DNA from: a virus
IMG/VR virus record: IMGVR_UViG_3300029922_000004
Direction: 5' to 3' (one strand)
Length of the DNA stretch: 64,000 bases
In this document: positions 1 to 9,840 of the stretch, piece by piece
Numbering within the stretch: position 1 is the first letter of the stretch
Layout of the letters: each line of letters begins with the position of its first letter
Position numbers and translations under genes: made by a program
Notes under the pieces: generated by a model
The model's database searches: none
What the model was told of the DNA's origin: nothing
The model's input: the letters and a program-made list of their open reading frames with translations, nothing else

Positions 1-7
1 GACCGCC

Positions 8-3000
8 GTGGATACTAAATTCGCCGTTTCAGCGCAAGACTTGGCAAAAGCTGTTCAGCGTGTCGGTGCGACCGCCGAAGACGCGGGGGTGCGTTTTAAT
101 CAACTCTTAGGCTTCGTAGCCGCCGCTCAAACCGTTACTGCTCGTGGTGGTGCTGTTATCGGTAACGCTTTCAAATCCATATTTACGAGACTGGCTCGTC
201 CACAGGTTTTAGACGACTTGGAAAGTATAGGCGTTACTACCAAAACGGCGGCGGGGCAGATTTTGCCAATGGTGACTATTTTGAAGAATTTGGCGTCTCA
301 ATATGACCATTTGAGCTACTCCCAAAAATCTTTCGTATCTGAAGCTGTCGGCGGCGTTTATCAGGTCAACATTTTAAAAGCCTCTCTCGCTGACTTGGGT
401 AACGGTCTTTCCATTTTTGACAAAGCAACAATGGCCGCAGAACAGTCCACGGGGCTGATAGACAAACGTATGTCTATGCTTAATGAGACTATTTCTTCCA
501 AACTAAATACCTCGGTTTTGGAGATTACCAAATTATTTGCGAATTTTAGCACGATATCATTCGGCTCTTCTTCTAAAAGTGGTCTGGATGGAATGAATCA
601 GGAAATCGCTTCTATTAGTAAATTGTTCGAAGATATTGTTCCTGATGATTCCGTCGGAACTAAAATCGGTAAAACTTTAGCTGTCGGAATAGTTAAAGGA
701 TTGGGGGACATAGTATCAGGTCCGGGTATTCAATTAGCAATGGCTTTATTGGTGAAGTCTTTCGGGACATTGGGAACTTTCGCTATTCAAGCTGGTAGGG
801 AATTTTTGGGGGCTAATAGCCAAGCAGAAAGAATGGCCGCTATTCAGAAAAGTATTAGTTCGTTTATCCTAAGTAACGCTGAAGCTCAAACTGTTTTTAA
901 TAATCAATTATTGACTGGAATCCAACGAACGGAAAAGATAGTCCAGATGTGGATGCAAGCCAACGTCGCCAGCGCGACTTTCCACGCACAAGTCAAAGGA
1001 ATAGCTGAAAAAGGTGCAGTATTGGCTTCTCCTAATATCGGCGGATATCAAAGTAAAGCGTCTGGTTACGTCCCCGATTTCGCATCAGAAGAATCAGAGG
1101 CCCGTTCGCTTGGAGCATTAAATCCTAAAGCCGAATGGGGCAAAGGAACAATCGGCGGCAAGAAGTTCATTAAAAATGACCAAGAAATTGAAATCCCCGG
1201 ATTTGGAAGAAATGGAGACTCGGCGGTTATACCGATGTATGCAGATGGATTTTACCCCGTCCATCCCAAGGAGCCATATAGTGTTTATGACACACAGAAT
1301 CGAACAATCGTCAGGAAGGGTTTTTATGAGAACATTAGGGGGTTGAGAAGAACCTCTGAAAATAAAAATCAAGAATATGGAGCTTATAGATACACGGTAT
1401 TACCTCATTCGGAACTAGAAAGAAGAAGTTTTGAGGGAATGGCTAATAATCCCAATGCCTCCATGTCAGTTGGTAGTAAAACCATCTCTGGAAATGATAT
1501 ATTAGAATATTTTAATCAGAAAGAAAATACAAGAAAGGCTAATTTATGGGGTGGTCAATATGCCGATGGATATGTCCCACCACTGATGGGGCTACATGTT
1601 AAGCCCAGCGGGAATCCATATAGAGATAAGAATGCTCGTAGATTTAATGGTCTTTTAGGCGAATTAGGTACTGGAATAGCTTCGCCAGATGACTCTATTA
1701 GAGGACCGACATCTAAAATATTTGAGAAATTATCTTCAGAATTTTTAAGGAACACCCTCTCGCAACAGGGCGCAGGAGCGATTGAGAGCAGAATTTTAGG
1801 GAAACCAATTAGTCCCCAGCAATTCAAGCAGTTTGAGAAACTATATACTGGCCTAATAAAAGAACCGTATAATGCAGACGAATTCCATAATTATAAAAAA
1901 CCGCTTTACGGTGATAGTTTTCCGGGTTACGATAGCATACATACCTTTTCTACTCATAACGAAGAGCTTGCTAAGAAATTAGGAGTGAACGTCGGAGACC
2001 TAGTGACGCTTGCCCTACAAAGTAAAGGTGGTAAGAATTTGAGGATTGCAGATTTCGCTACCATGGACGATGGCGATTCCGTTCTGCAAAAAGAGGGGTA
2101 TGATAAACCCAGCGTTAGGGCGCTGGCGTTTAGAGATGCAACCACTCTTCCCGGTAATGTACTATATGACGAAATGAATCGTAAAGCCGCAGGATTTCTT
2201 CCATTAACATTTAAGAAAACCTTCAATAGAACCTTCGGAACTCATCGCCTTTTTGGTATGAACGGTAGCGACCCCGTTGGTGATATCGAATATAGCGGCT
2301 CAAAGATGAAAGAGATAGAAGGTTTTGATATCTACGACAAATATCGCGGCAAAGGTCTCGCTAAACAGTTTTATCAAGCATTAGGTAAAGGAAGTATTAA
2401 GGGAACTATTCTTCCGAATACTGACTCCGAAGGCAATACATTTTTCCCCCAATTAAGCCGCGCCAGCGTTGCAAAAGATTCCTATGTTCTCCACTATGGG
2501 TATATGGACAAAAATCAGAAAATTAGCGTCGCCGACTTTAAGAAACTCATTTCCGCTCATAAAGGGGATAGCCAATTCTGGGAAGATAACTCGTTTGACC
2601 TTCATACGCAACATGCCGCTGGTTTTATTCCTAATTTCGCCAGTCAGAATATCATGGATTCAGTATTTGTCGCAGCTAGTAAAATGCCGAACTCTGCTAA
2701 CATTATCGAAAAACTAAAGGAAGGCTCTGGTCTTTCTGATGAATCTTTCTTAAAAGCGGCTAAGATTTTAGGGGTGAATATGGGTGGAGGGTCGCCAGTC
2801 AATCCGAATTCCATGTGGGATAATATCAACCAAGCATTTAATTCAAAGAAACACGATGATTGGTGGAAAAATGTCGACGTAAAACTCAAAGCGAGAGACG
2901 CAAAGTTCGGCTATCCAATTACAGACAACGAACAAACAAACATTAATTTTGTACAGGGGTTATTCAAAAGAAAATTCTCCTCCTTCTCGAATGTTAAGGA

Positions 3001-6000
3001 TATGATGGACCATCGGGAGTACTCTGGTGAACAAAACAATGAAACTGGTGCTTTTGGCACGGGTCTTGATTTCAATTCTGACCATGATACGTTACTAAAC
3101 AAATTTAAAGAAAAATATTTTAGAACGGTAGTTAGCAGAACAAAACCCCAAAATACAAATCTACATTTCTCAATGTTTGGAGCAGAATTCGGATTAGACG
3201 ACGATTTTAAAGATTCGGATATGTCTTATGGGAGACAATCTTCTTTAGAGAAGTTTTTTGCGAAAAGAATGAATAAATACTCTTCTAGAGGGAGATTTTC
3301 GAGTGGATTTGTTCCTAATTTTTCACCTCTTTCAGACGCGGTCAAAAGAGAGATGAGCGCGGGCTATTCTTCATCACAAATCCGTATTGATAAAAGCCCC
3401 TCTTTGATATCTTCGTCTAACCCTAGTGGATTAGGTGTTTATAATTCAACCGAAGGGTCCCTTTCCAATGGAATAACTCTCGCTCAAAGCGCGGGTATTA
3501 ATCCAAAAACCAAAGGTATGGCGGCTGGATTCGTTCCAAACTTCGACATGGGTAATATCGGGATGTCAATGATGCTTGGTATTTTTCAAGGCAGCGTTAC
3601 CGACGTATCTAAAAAGCTTAACTTCCTATCTTATGGATACGACAAACAAATCGAACATCTCCGCAAAATCAACGAAGAATATACCGCCATCGAGAATGAT
3701 ATCAAAGTAAAAGGCAGCGCCACTTATAATGGTCAGACTTATACAACTGGTGGTAGAGGGTCGAAATTCAGAGAAGATTTCAAAGCGGCTAACGCCGGTT
3801 CAGGTTTGACCTTCTATCCAGACGCGGTAAAAAAGCAGGAACAGGATTACGGCCAGTATATAGATAAAAAATCCGCCACTCAACAAAAAATCAAAGGCTT
3901 CGCATTTCAATCGATGTTCGGCGCTCCTATAGCAGCAGAAACATTATCAAGTTCGGCGAGTAGTTTGGGTTTTGCAAATGTCGCCAAAGGTTTGGAGACT
4001 TTCTCCGGCGGTCTTACTTTGGCCTCACAGATGTTGTCTTTATTACCGAATAAGTTGGGTTCTGCGTTGGCAGCAGGAGAATTAATTACCTCGTTGGGGA
4101 GTTCAATATCAGTGGCGGTAGCTAAAGTCGGAACCTACGAAAAAGCATTGGATGTCCAAAGCACGGCATTAGAAAGAATGAGTAGTGCTTCTAATACGGT
4201 CTTGGACTCTTATAACAAACTCAACCAATTATATAATAGCAGTACCTCCACTTTTCAAGATTTTATAACCCAACAGAAGAGACTTTCAGAGGCTTTACAG
4301 GATTTAGGAGCGAGTCTCCCAAATGGAAAGGGAGCCGATTTAGTAAGGCAAATTACTTCTGCCGGAAGCGATGAAGATAGACGCACAGCAGTCGCTCAAG
4401 CACAGGACGCACAACAACAAGAAAGAAACGTCAACGCCACAAAATTGGCTTTAGCCCAAGCGAAAGTTAAAAGTTCTTTCTTCGGAATTGGCGTGGGTAA
4501 TTCTTTCACCGCCAACAACAAAGACGATATCATCGGCAAGAGACAACTATTAGAAGATTCGGCAAAAACGATGGGAGAAGTGGCAGAAAGCAGCATGTCG
4601 CGCTCAATAATGTCCAGACTGACCTCTGGGACTCTGACTGACCGGGATATTTCTGCTATAACCAATCGAGCGGAACAAGGGCCAGATAATAAAGGCAATG
4701 TTCTTGGATTACAGGGGGATTCTTTAAAAACTGCGCTGGCTCAATTAAAATATAACTTGGAGCAATTCAAACTTCCTTCGGGGATTTCTCCAGATGTTTG
4801 GGCTAAACGTAATGAGGATTTCGCTTCCGCGTCACAAGCAGAAATAGCTTTACGCAACAGATACAATCAAGAACTTCAAAATGCCCTTGCTAAAGGAGCC
4901 ATAGTCTCCGACTACCTTTATAAAAGTGCTACAGCCGGAGAAGAAATTAGAAGCGGCAAGGCTTCATACGAAACCCAAAAATCAGGATTCAATGTCAGGC
5001 TCGCCGGACTAACAACCAATGAAGCGGGTATGATTGGTTTAAACGCCCAACAAAAGTCAAGAGAAGCGAATGACGAAATAACGAAAAAGCGAAATCTCAA
5101 TTTTATTAAGGGCAATTCGGATATTAATGGTTTTATCAGTAAGACTATCGCCGAAACTTTCGCTGGAAAACTTAAGTCCGTTCAGGACTCTACTGCTGGC
5201 ATTAGTCCGCAGAAACAGGCCGAGGCCGCTTATCTTGCCAAACAACAAATAGCATTCGCCAAAGACCCCAAAGGCTTAATAGATATTGCTAATAATCCAG
5301 AAGCTTTTGCTCAAAAATTTCTTGGTGGAACTGCTAAAGACGTAATTGGCAACCCGAACAGCGGTATTACCAACGAAAAAGAATATGATGTTTTATCAAA
5401 TTCTCTTTCTAGTCTCGCTAAAACGCCGGAGTTTTACGCCAAACTTCAAGATATTCTAACCAATACACAAGCAATCGAAAAAGAGGGCTTTTTAAGACAG
5501 GCTGGTATTAGTGACGAACAGTTAGAGCAGTGGAAAGAGGTTAATTTTAAGGACTTGGCAAAGTCTTTGTCGGGTTTAAGTTTATTGGACAAAGGAGGGG
5601 CTAGGACAAAAGCTAGGGAAATTAAACAAGCCGAATGGCTTGAACAAAATGCCAAAGACCCAATAACTAGGGGTCGCGGAGCGAGAACTTTGTTGGAAAA
5701 CATGACTTCAGCAGAAAGGGATTATTCAAACCCTTGGGTCAAAAAGTTAGCCAGCGAAGTCTATGCTGGAGAGGTTACTGGGGATAAGTTGGCCAAGGGC
5801 AACGGAGCATTTGCTAACTATACGAATGCTGCCGACCAAAATGACCCTAATAAAGCTGATGCAACAGCAGCAGGATTCGATAACTCTAGGGCCTTCGCTC
5901 AAACATTTAGTATGGGCTTTAGGAATGGACCAAAAATAAGCCTTGGAGATACCAATCCAGCCGGAGCGCCGCCTTCCATAGATATAACTGATTTACAGGC

Positions 6001-7540
6001 TAATATTAAAGTTGCTGATACTAACCTTGATACATTTGGGAAAAACGTAGGACTTGTTGGGTCTCAATTAGCGACTTTGCTACAACAACTTAAAACTTTA
6101 GAATCAACGCCGCGACCCAAACCTCCCACTGGAAATCCAAACACTACACCACCACCGATATCAACCGACGGCTCAATACATTCGTTTTTGGCTAGACATG
6201 GAGAAGGAATAGCTGGAACGATTGGGACTGGACTAGCGTATGGATTTGGTTCCGCAGTCTTTAATAGGGGTGGGACCTTATTAAAGGGTCCAATGAGCAA
6301 AGTCGGTCAATGGGGAAAGAATGCTTATAAAGAATTTAGAGAGGGAAAAGTTGCTGTTCCAGAGGTGAAAATTCCAACATCCGCTGGAATCCCATCGGGT
6401 TCTTCAACAATAGTTACTCCGATGACAGAAGCTGAACAACAGGCTAGAGAATTAAAATTAAGAAAAATAGAAACCTTTGCCAGCCGAACCTCTAAAAGTA
6501 ATGACCCATCAATGGCCGCCCAACATGAGGTAGCGAAAGATTTACACGCAGAGCAAACAGCTAAATATGAAAAACAATTAGAAGACGAGGCAAAATACTC
6601 TAAAGATTTTTCCAAAAATGATTACTCCCACATTCTTAATGCCCCCAAAAAACCAATGTTTTCAAACGCTCCTTTCGCTCAGTTTAAGGGCGACGAAGCA
6701 ACTAAAATATTTAATAAAATTCCACAATCTAGGCTTTTGCCGACGGTGACTAAGGCTACGTCTGCTATGGGAAAATATGCAGCACCGCTTTTACGAACAC
6801 TAAACCCTCTAATGAAGTATGGCGGAAAAGCATTGGGTGTCGCTGGAACTTTGGCTAGTGGATATGATGCTATTCAGGATTTTAGACATGGAGATTATTG
6901 GGGCGCGGCTGGAAACGCAGCAACTACAGCGGCGGGATTTACTGGCGTTGGACGAGCGTTTAACGCAGGATATTATGGTGGGCAAGCTGTCGGAGATGCT
7001 GCCACTTGGTTAGGCGGTCACAAGAACAATGCTCTAGCCGCACAATATGGTCAAAATGCCCAAAACACTTTCGATAATACTAACGCAAGTACCGGCGACA
7101 AAGCCACAAGCCTAGCTTATTTTAACGCTCGAATTAAGAGCTACCAGAATTCCTTAAATAGTTACGGTAATCCATTTAGGGGCGGCGGTAATAGTTTTAA
7201 CCCAGATATTGTTGAAAAACTAAAACAACAAATCTCAAACTTGGAAAATCAAAAGAACTCTCTTTATAATTCCCCCAATAAACCAAAAACTGAGTCTGCG
7301 TCTCCGGCGGAAGGTCCAGCACCCGCTGATGATGATACACAATCCCAAGATAATCTTACAACTTCAATGAATACTTTGGGAGATAAAATCACTGCTTTGA
7401 CAAATGCCAAATCACAAGTAGGGGTTGATATTAATGTGAACTCGGCGTTTTTAACTGCAACGATTAATAGTGCCGTAGGAAATGCTTTCGCTAGACTGAG
7501 TGGGAAGCCGAATCCCGTACAAGTGACTCAACCGGCTTAA
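8..7540 (+). CDS. Tail tape-measure protein (5'-truncated; frame open to the window edge), with internal cargo domains
   Basis: 2510 aa. The N-terminus (DLAKAVQRVGATAEDAGVRFNQLLG...RGGAVIGNAFKSIFTRL) resembles the TP901/PhageMin_Tail tape-measure core. Long Ala/Ser/Gln-rich helical body, directly upstream of tail genes. Confidence 0.85.
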   Translation: MDTKFAVSAQDLAKAVQRVGATAEDAGVRFNQLLGFVAAAQTVTARGGAVIGNAFKSIFTRLARPQVLDDLESIGVTTKTAAGQILPMVTILKNLASQYDHLSYSQKSFVSEAVGGVYQVNILKASLADLGNGLSIFDKATMAAEQSTGLIDKRMSMLNETISSKLNTSVLEITKLFANFSTISFGSSSKSGLDGMNQEIASISKLFEDIVPDDSVGTKIGKTLAVGIVKGLGDIVSGPGIQLAMALLVKSFGTLGTFAIQAGREFLGANSQAERMAAIQKSISSFILSNAEAQTVFNNQLLTGIQRTEKIVQMWMQANVASATFHAQVKGIAEKGAVLASPNIGGYQSKASGYVPDFASEESEARSLGALNPKAEWGKGTIGGKKFIKNDQEIEIPGFGRNGDSAVIPMYADGFYPVHPKEPYSVYDTQNRTIVRKGFYENIRGLRRTSENKNQEYGAYRYTVLPHSELERRSFEGMANNPNASMSVGSKTISGNDILEYFNQKENTRKANLWGGQYADGYVPPLMGLHVKPSGNPYRDKNARRFNGLLGELGTGIASPDDSIRGPTSKIFEKLSSEFLRNTLSQQGAGAIESRILGKPISPQQFKQFEKLYTGLIKEPYNADEFHNYKKPLYGDSFPGYDSIHTFSTHNEELAKKLGVNVGDLVTLALQSKGGKNLRIADFATMDDGDSVLQKEGYDKPSVRALAFRDATTLPGNVLYDEMNRKAAGFLPLTFKKTFNRTFGTHRLFGMNGSDPVGDIEYSGSKMKEIEGFDIYDKYRGKGLAKQFYQALGKGSIKGTILPNTDSEGNTFFPQLSRASVAKDSYVLHYGYMDKNQKISVADFKKLISAHKGDSQFWEDNSFDLHTQHAAGFIPNFASQNIMDSVFVAASKMPNSANIIEKLKEGSGLSDESFLKAAKILGVNMGGGSPVNPNSMWDNINQAFNSKKHDDWWKNVDVKLKARDAKFGYPITDNEQTNINFVQGLFKRKFSSFSNVKDMMDHREYSGEQNNETGAFGTGLDFNSDHDTLLNKFKEKYFRTVVSRTKPQNTNLHFSMFGAEFGLDDDFKDSDMSYGRQSSLEKFFAKRMNKYSSRGRFSSGFVPNFSPLSDAVKREMSAGYSSSQIRIDKSPSLISSSNPSGLGVYNSTEGSLSNGITLAQSAGINPKTKGMAAGFVPNFDMGNIGMSMMLGIFQGSVTDVSKKLNFLSYGYDKQIEHLRKINEEYTAIENDIKVKGSATYNGQTYTTGGRGSKFREDFKAANAGSGLTFYPDAVKKQEQDYGQYIDKKSATQQKIKGFAFQSMFGAPIAAETLSSSASSLGFANVAKGLETFSGGLTLASQMLSLLPNKLGSALAAGELITSLGSSISVAVAKVGTYEKALDVQSTALERMSSASNTVLDSYNKLNQLYNSSTSTFQDFITQQKRLSEALQDLGASLPNGKGADLVRQITSAGSDEDRRTAVAQAQDAQQQERNVNATKLALAQAKVKSSFFGIGVGNSFTANNKDDIIGKRQLLEDSAKTMGEVAESSMSRSIMSRLTSGTLTDRDISAITNRAEQGPDNKGNVLGLQGDSLKTALAQLKYNLEQFKLPSGISPDVWAKRNEDFASASQAEIALRNRYNQELQNALAKGAIVSDYLYKSATAGEEIRSGKASYETQKSGFNVRLAGLTTNEAGMIGLNAQQKSREANDEITKKRNLNFIKGNSDINGFISKTIAETFAGKLKSVQDSTAGISPQKQAEAAYLAKQQIAFAKDPKGLIDIANNPEAFAQKFLGGTAKDVIGNPNSGITNEKEYDVLSNSLSSLAKTPEFYAKLQDILTNTQAIEKEGFLRQAGISDEQLEQWKEVNFKDLAKSLSGLSLLDKGGARTKAREIKQAEWLEQNAKDPITRGRGARTLLENMTSAERDYSNPWVKKLASEVYAGEVTGDKLAKGNGAFANYTNAADQNDPNKADATAAGFDNSRAFAQTFSMGFRNGPKISLGDTNPAGAPPSIDITDLQANIKVADTNLDTFGKNVGLVGSQLATLLQQLKTLESTPRPKPPTGNPNTTPPPISTDGSIHSFLARHGEGIAGTIGTGLAYGFGSAVFNRGGTLLKGPMSKVGQWGKNAYKEFREGKVAVPEVKIPTSAGIPSGSSTIVTPMTEAEQQARELKLRKIETFASRTSKSNDPSMAAQHEVAKDLHAEQTAKYEKQLEDEAKYSKDFSKNDYSHILNAPKKPMFSNAPFAQFKGDEATKIFNKIPQSRLLPTVTKATSAMGKYAAPLLRTLNPLMKYGGKALGVAGTLASGYDAIQDFRHGDYWGAAGNAATTAAGFTGVGRAFNAGYYGGQAVGDAATWLGGHKNNALAAQYGQNAQNTFDNTNASTGDKATSLAYFNARIKSYQNSLNSYGNPFRGGGNSFNPDIVEKLKQQISNLENQKNSLYNSPNKPKTESASPAEGPAPADDDTQSQDNLTTSMNTLGDKITALTNAKSQVGVDINVNSAFLTATINSAVGNAFARLSGKPNPVQVTQPA
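1058..3544 (+). repeat. Seven dispersed copies of a G(F/Y)xP peptide motif, best form (A/S)xGF(V/I)PNF, inside the tape-measure gene
   Basis: ASGYVPDFA 1058, YADGFYP 1238, YADGYVPP 1559, AAGFLP 2186, AAGFIPNFA 2615, FSSGFVPNFS 3296, MAAGFVPNF 3518. All are in the ORF frame. Confidence 0.85.
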
Positions 7541-7557
7541 GCAGTCGTATAAAAAAT

Positions 7558-7728
7558 TTACTCTTCCTCTGGGATTGAGATACCCATTGTGGTTCCGCAG
7601 GAAGAACACTTAAAACTGTCATTTTTACCTTCCTTTTTAACAAGTTCCATAGTCGAAGTTCGACAATCAGGACAGTCTGGAACAAGTAATCTGACCTCTC
7701 TGCCTTCGTTGGTAATCGTTATAATCAT
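7558..7728 (-). CDS. Small zinc-ribbon protein
   Basis: CPDC...CSSC. ATG at 7728 preferred over the track's TTG at 7743. Confidence 0.6.
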   Translation of the reverse strand: MIITITNEGREVRLLVPDCPDCRTSTMELVKKEGKNDSFKCSSCGTTMGISIPEEE

Positions 7729-7748
7729 ATTTATTATAGTCAAATTAA

Positions 7749-7988
7749 TTAAAAACGATAAATATCTGTATTTTGGCGGATATGGTAAGAGCAGTTTTCT
7801 TTAGTGAGAGGATGAGAAGTCCCAATTAGTGATGGTACCATGCTAGATAGCACCTTGTATTTCCATTTTTTATCCTTTTCGTCCTTAAAAACAATAACTT
7901 CTCCGGGGCAACAATCCGTTAGAATGTCTCCATCATATATGGCATTTTCATATGCATCTATAAAACCAGTCTTCTTTTTAGTTTTCAT
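7749..7988 (-). CDS. YopX-like protein (short; C-terminal half of the domain)
   Basis: TGFIDAYENAIYDGDIL matches the YopX TGLKDKNGxEIYEGDIV motif. ATG at 7988 lies 7 nt downstream of a -10 box. Confidence 0.55.
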   Translation of the reverse strand: MKTKKKTGFIDAYENAIYDGDILTDCCPGEVIVFKDEKDKKWKYKVLSSMVPSLIGTSHPLTKENCSYHIRQNTDIYRF

Positions 7989-7995
7989 ACGATAT

Positions 7996-8025
7996 ATGCT
8001 AACAGAGCTTTCGTAAAAAGTCAAG
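7996..8025 (-). promoter_or_regulatory. Sigma70-type promoter
   Basis: C-TTGACT-17 nt (TTTTACGAAAGCTCTGT)-TAGCAT. Confidence 0.65.
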
Positions 8026-8045
8026 CATAATATCCAATTAAAACA

Positions 8046-8052
8046 GTGTAAT
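8046..8052 (+). promoter_or_regulatory. GTGTAAT box (putative late promoter)
   Basis: 9 nt before the ATG at 8062. The same heptamer precedes five other genes. Confidence 0.6.
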
Positions 8053-8061
8053 CAGAAGAAT

Positions 8062-9837
8062 ATGTTGAGTGGGTGTATCACCGGAACTTTGGGCTTTTCG
8101 CTAAAACGAGAATTTTTCTCGGAATCATTCGCGTTTAGGGATGTTTCCACATATAATTACGAAATCTACAGCACGGACTTCAGCGGCCAGAGCGCGGTCA
8201 CAATTCAATCGGGAATCGTCAATCAATTTGCCCAAGTTTACTCAGGCGACATAAGATGCCGCGTTTTTGAGACCCAAAACAGTTACCAGTTTCCTTCGGA
8301 TAGTTTAAGGGCGGCAAAATTCAACGTCAGTATAGAGATAAAAAGTCCCGTCAATAACCTCGGTGGTCAATTCGGGGAATTAAATTCAGGATATTATTCC
8401 GGCGTCAACCCCACTTTCTGGACGGCTTACGGACAATATCTTTTAGGATTTCAAGAAGAGTATACTTTCAATACTAATGAAAATGGCAACCGCGAGTGGA
8501 ATCACGGATTTTCTTTCGGGCTACAGACGGGTTGGAGCGGCGCGAATGATGTAAATGGTAGAAAAGCTTTTGCCCAAACTATAGCCAGCGGAATCTTTTC
8601 GAACGACCAATATACCACCTTCGGCCTCTATACGATGGTGGGGGAAATTTCTGGACTAGCTAATAATAGCGTCTTTCGTAACTATTGGAATGAGTCCTAC
8701 GATTTGTTGAAAAACACTTATTCGTTCGGACGAAAAAGAACTGAGTTGCCTTTTAATGGCGCGGGGACACTTTTTAATATTGCTCAAACTATCGATTTGG
8801 GAACAGACGGAATCACCACCGTTTCTGAAAAAGCATCTACCGTCGGTAAGATAAATTTTGCTACGGTTCAAAGCGATTTAGCCAACTATCTCGCGGGGGC
8901 TTATGGGAGATGTTCGGGCGTTTATAATTCATTCTATAATACCAACGTCATAGCTCAAGATGCGCAGTATTCGGGGGTAAGTATTTACCTGCCTCTAATC
9001 AATACACCCTTAAAAACAACACGAGTTTATGATTCAAGGTCGCTTGCTGCCTCATATGACGTAAGTTTTTCAAACAGCCCCAACGTATCAGGTGACGGCA
9101 CAATCACGAATCAATCGCTTGAGTTCTCGATAGACCCTTATAATAGAGTAGAAGCAACACATTCGTTTGATTTTACTGTGAATAAACTTTTAAATAACTC
9201 TGGATATTTTACAACTTTAATGTCAAACACGACCGGTCAAAGCCCTGCCGCTGTAGCTAGTTACTATCAAAACAACCTATCGGGAGTTTACACAATCTAC
9301 CCCTCTTTGAACCTTGTAAAGAACTCCTTGGACTGGCCCAATATAAAACCCAAAGCAACGGCAAAGTTCAGCTACTCAAATTCTCCTGTATACTTTGTTA
9401 CCACTAATGGGATAACATTTAAGATGTTAGATGTTGAAGTTCAGAATAAATTACCGGCGGATATAATAAATGAATATAAAATAATCAACAGACCGACTAA
9501 TAAAAGTATCTTATCGTACGGTTATCAGAGCGAGCGCGGGGAGATAACTGTGAGTATCAAGTCTTTGTTGGGTAAATCGTCAAAGCAGTTTTTCCCCGAT
9601 GGTGTTGGTAGCTTTACAAACTTGGATGAGGTAGGTTCACCGCTTTCTACATACCTTCAAGCTCTCTACAAATTTGGGGGAAGTGTATTTTTGTCAAATT
9701 TCAGTGGCACTCCCACTATCGCATTAAACTGGTTTCTCCAAGATTCCAAATATAACTTGAATAGCAATGGCGATTTGGGCGTCCAGTTAATTTATACTTA
9801 TACTTGGAAAAAACGCCTTGCACAAAACAACCCCTAA
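8062..9837 (+). CDS. Virion structural protein (tail-tip/baseplate region)
   Basis: 591 aa, N/S/T/Y/F-rich beta-type composition. First plus-strand gene after the tape measure, preceded by a GTGTAAT box. Confidence 0.55.
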   Translation: MLSGCITGTLGFSLKREFFSESFAFRDVSTYNYEIYSTDFSGQSAVTIQSGIVNQFAQVYSGDIRCRVFETQNSYQFPSDSLRAAKFNVSIEIKSPVNNLGGQFGELNSGYYSGVNPTFWTAYGQYLLGFQEEYTFNTNENGNREWNHGFSFGLQTGWSGANDVNGRKAFAQTIASGIFSNDQYTTFGLYTMVGEISGLANNSVFRNYWNESYDLLKNTYSFGRKRTELPFNGAGTLFNIAQTIDLGTDGITTVSEKASTVGKINFATVQSDLANYLAGAYGRCSGVYNSFYNTNVIAQDAQYSGVSIYLPLINTPLKTTRVYDSRSLAASYDVSFSNSPNVSGDGTITNQSLEFSIDPYNRVEATHSFDFTVNKLLNNSGYFTTLMSNTTGQSPAAVASYYQNNLSGVYTIYPSLNLVKNSLDWPNIKPKATAKFSYSNSPVYFVTTNGITFKMLDVEVQNKLPADIINEYKIINRPTNKSILSYGYQSERGEITVSIKSLLGKSSKQFFPDGVGSFTNLDEVGSPLSTYLQALYKFGGSVFLSNFSGTPTIALNWFLQDSKYNLNSNGDLGVQLIYTYTWKKRLAQNNP

Positions 9838-9840
9838 CAT

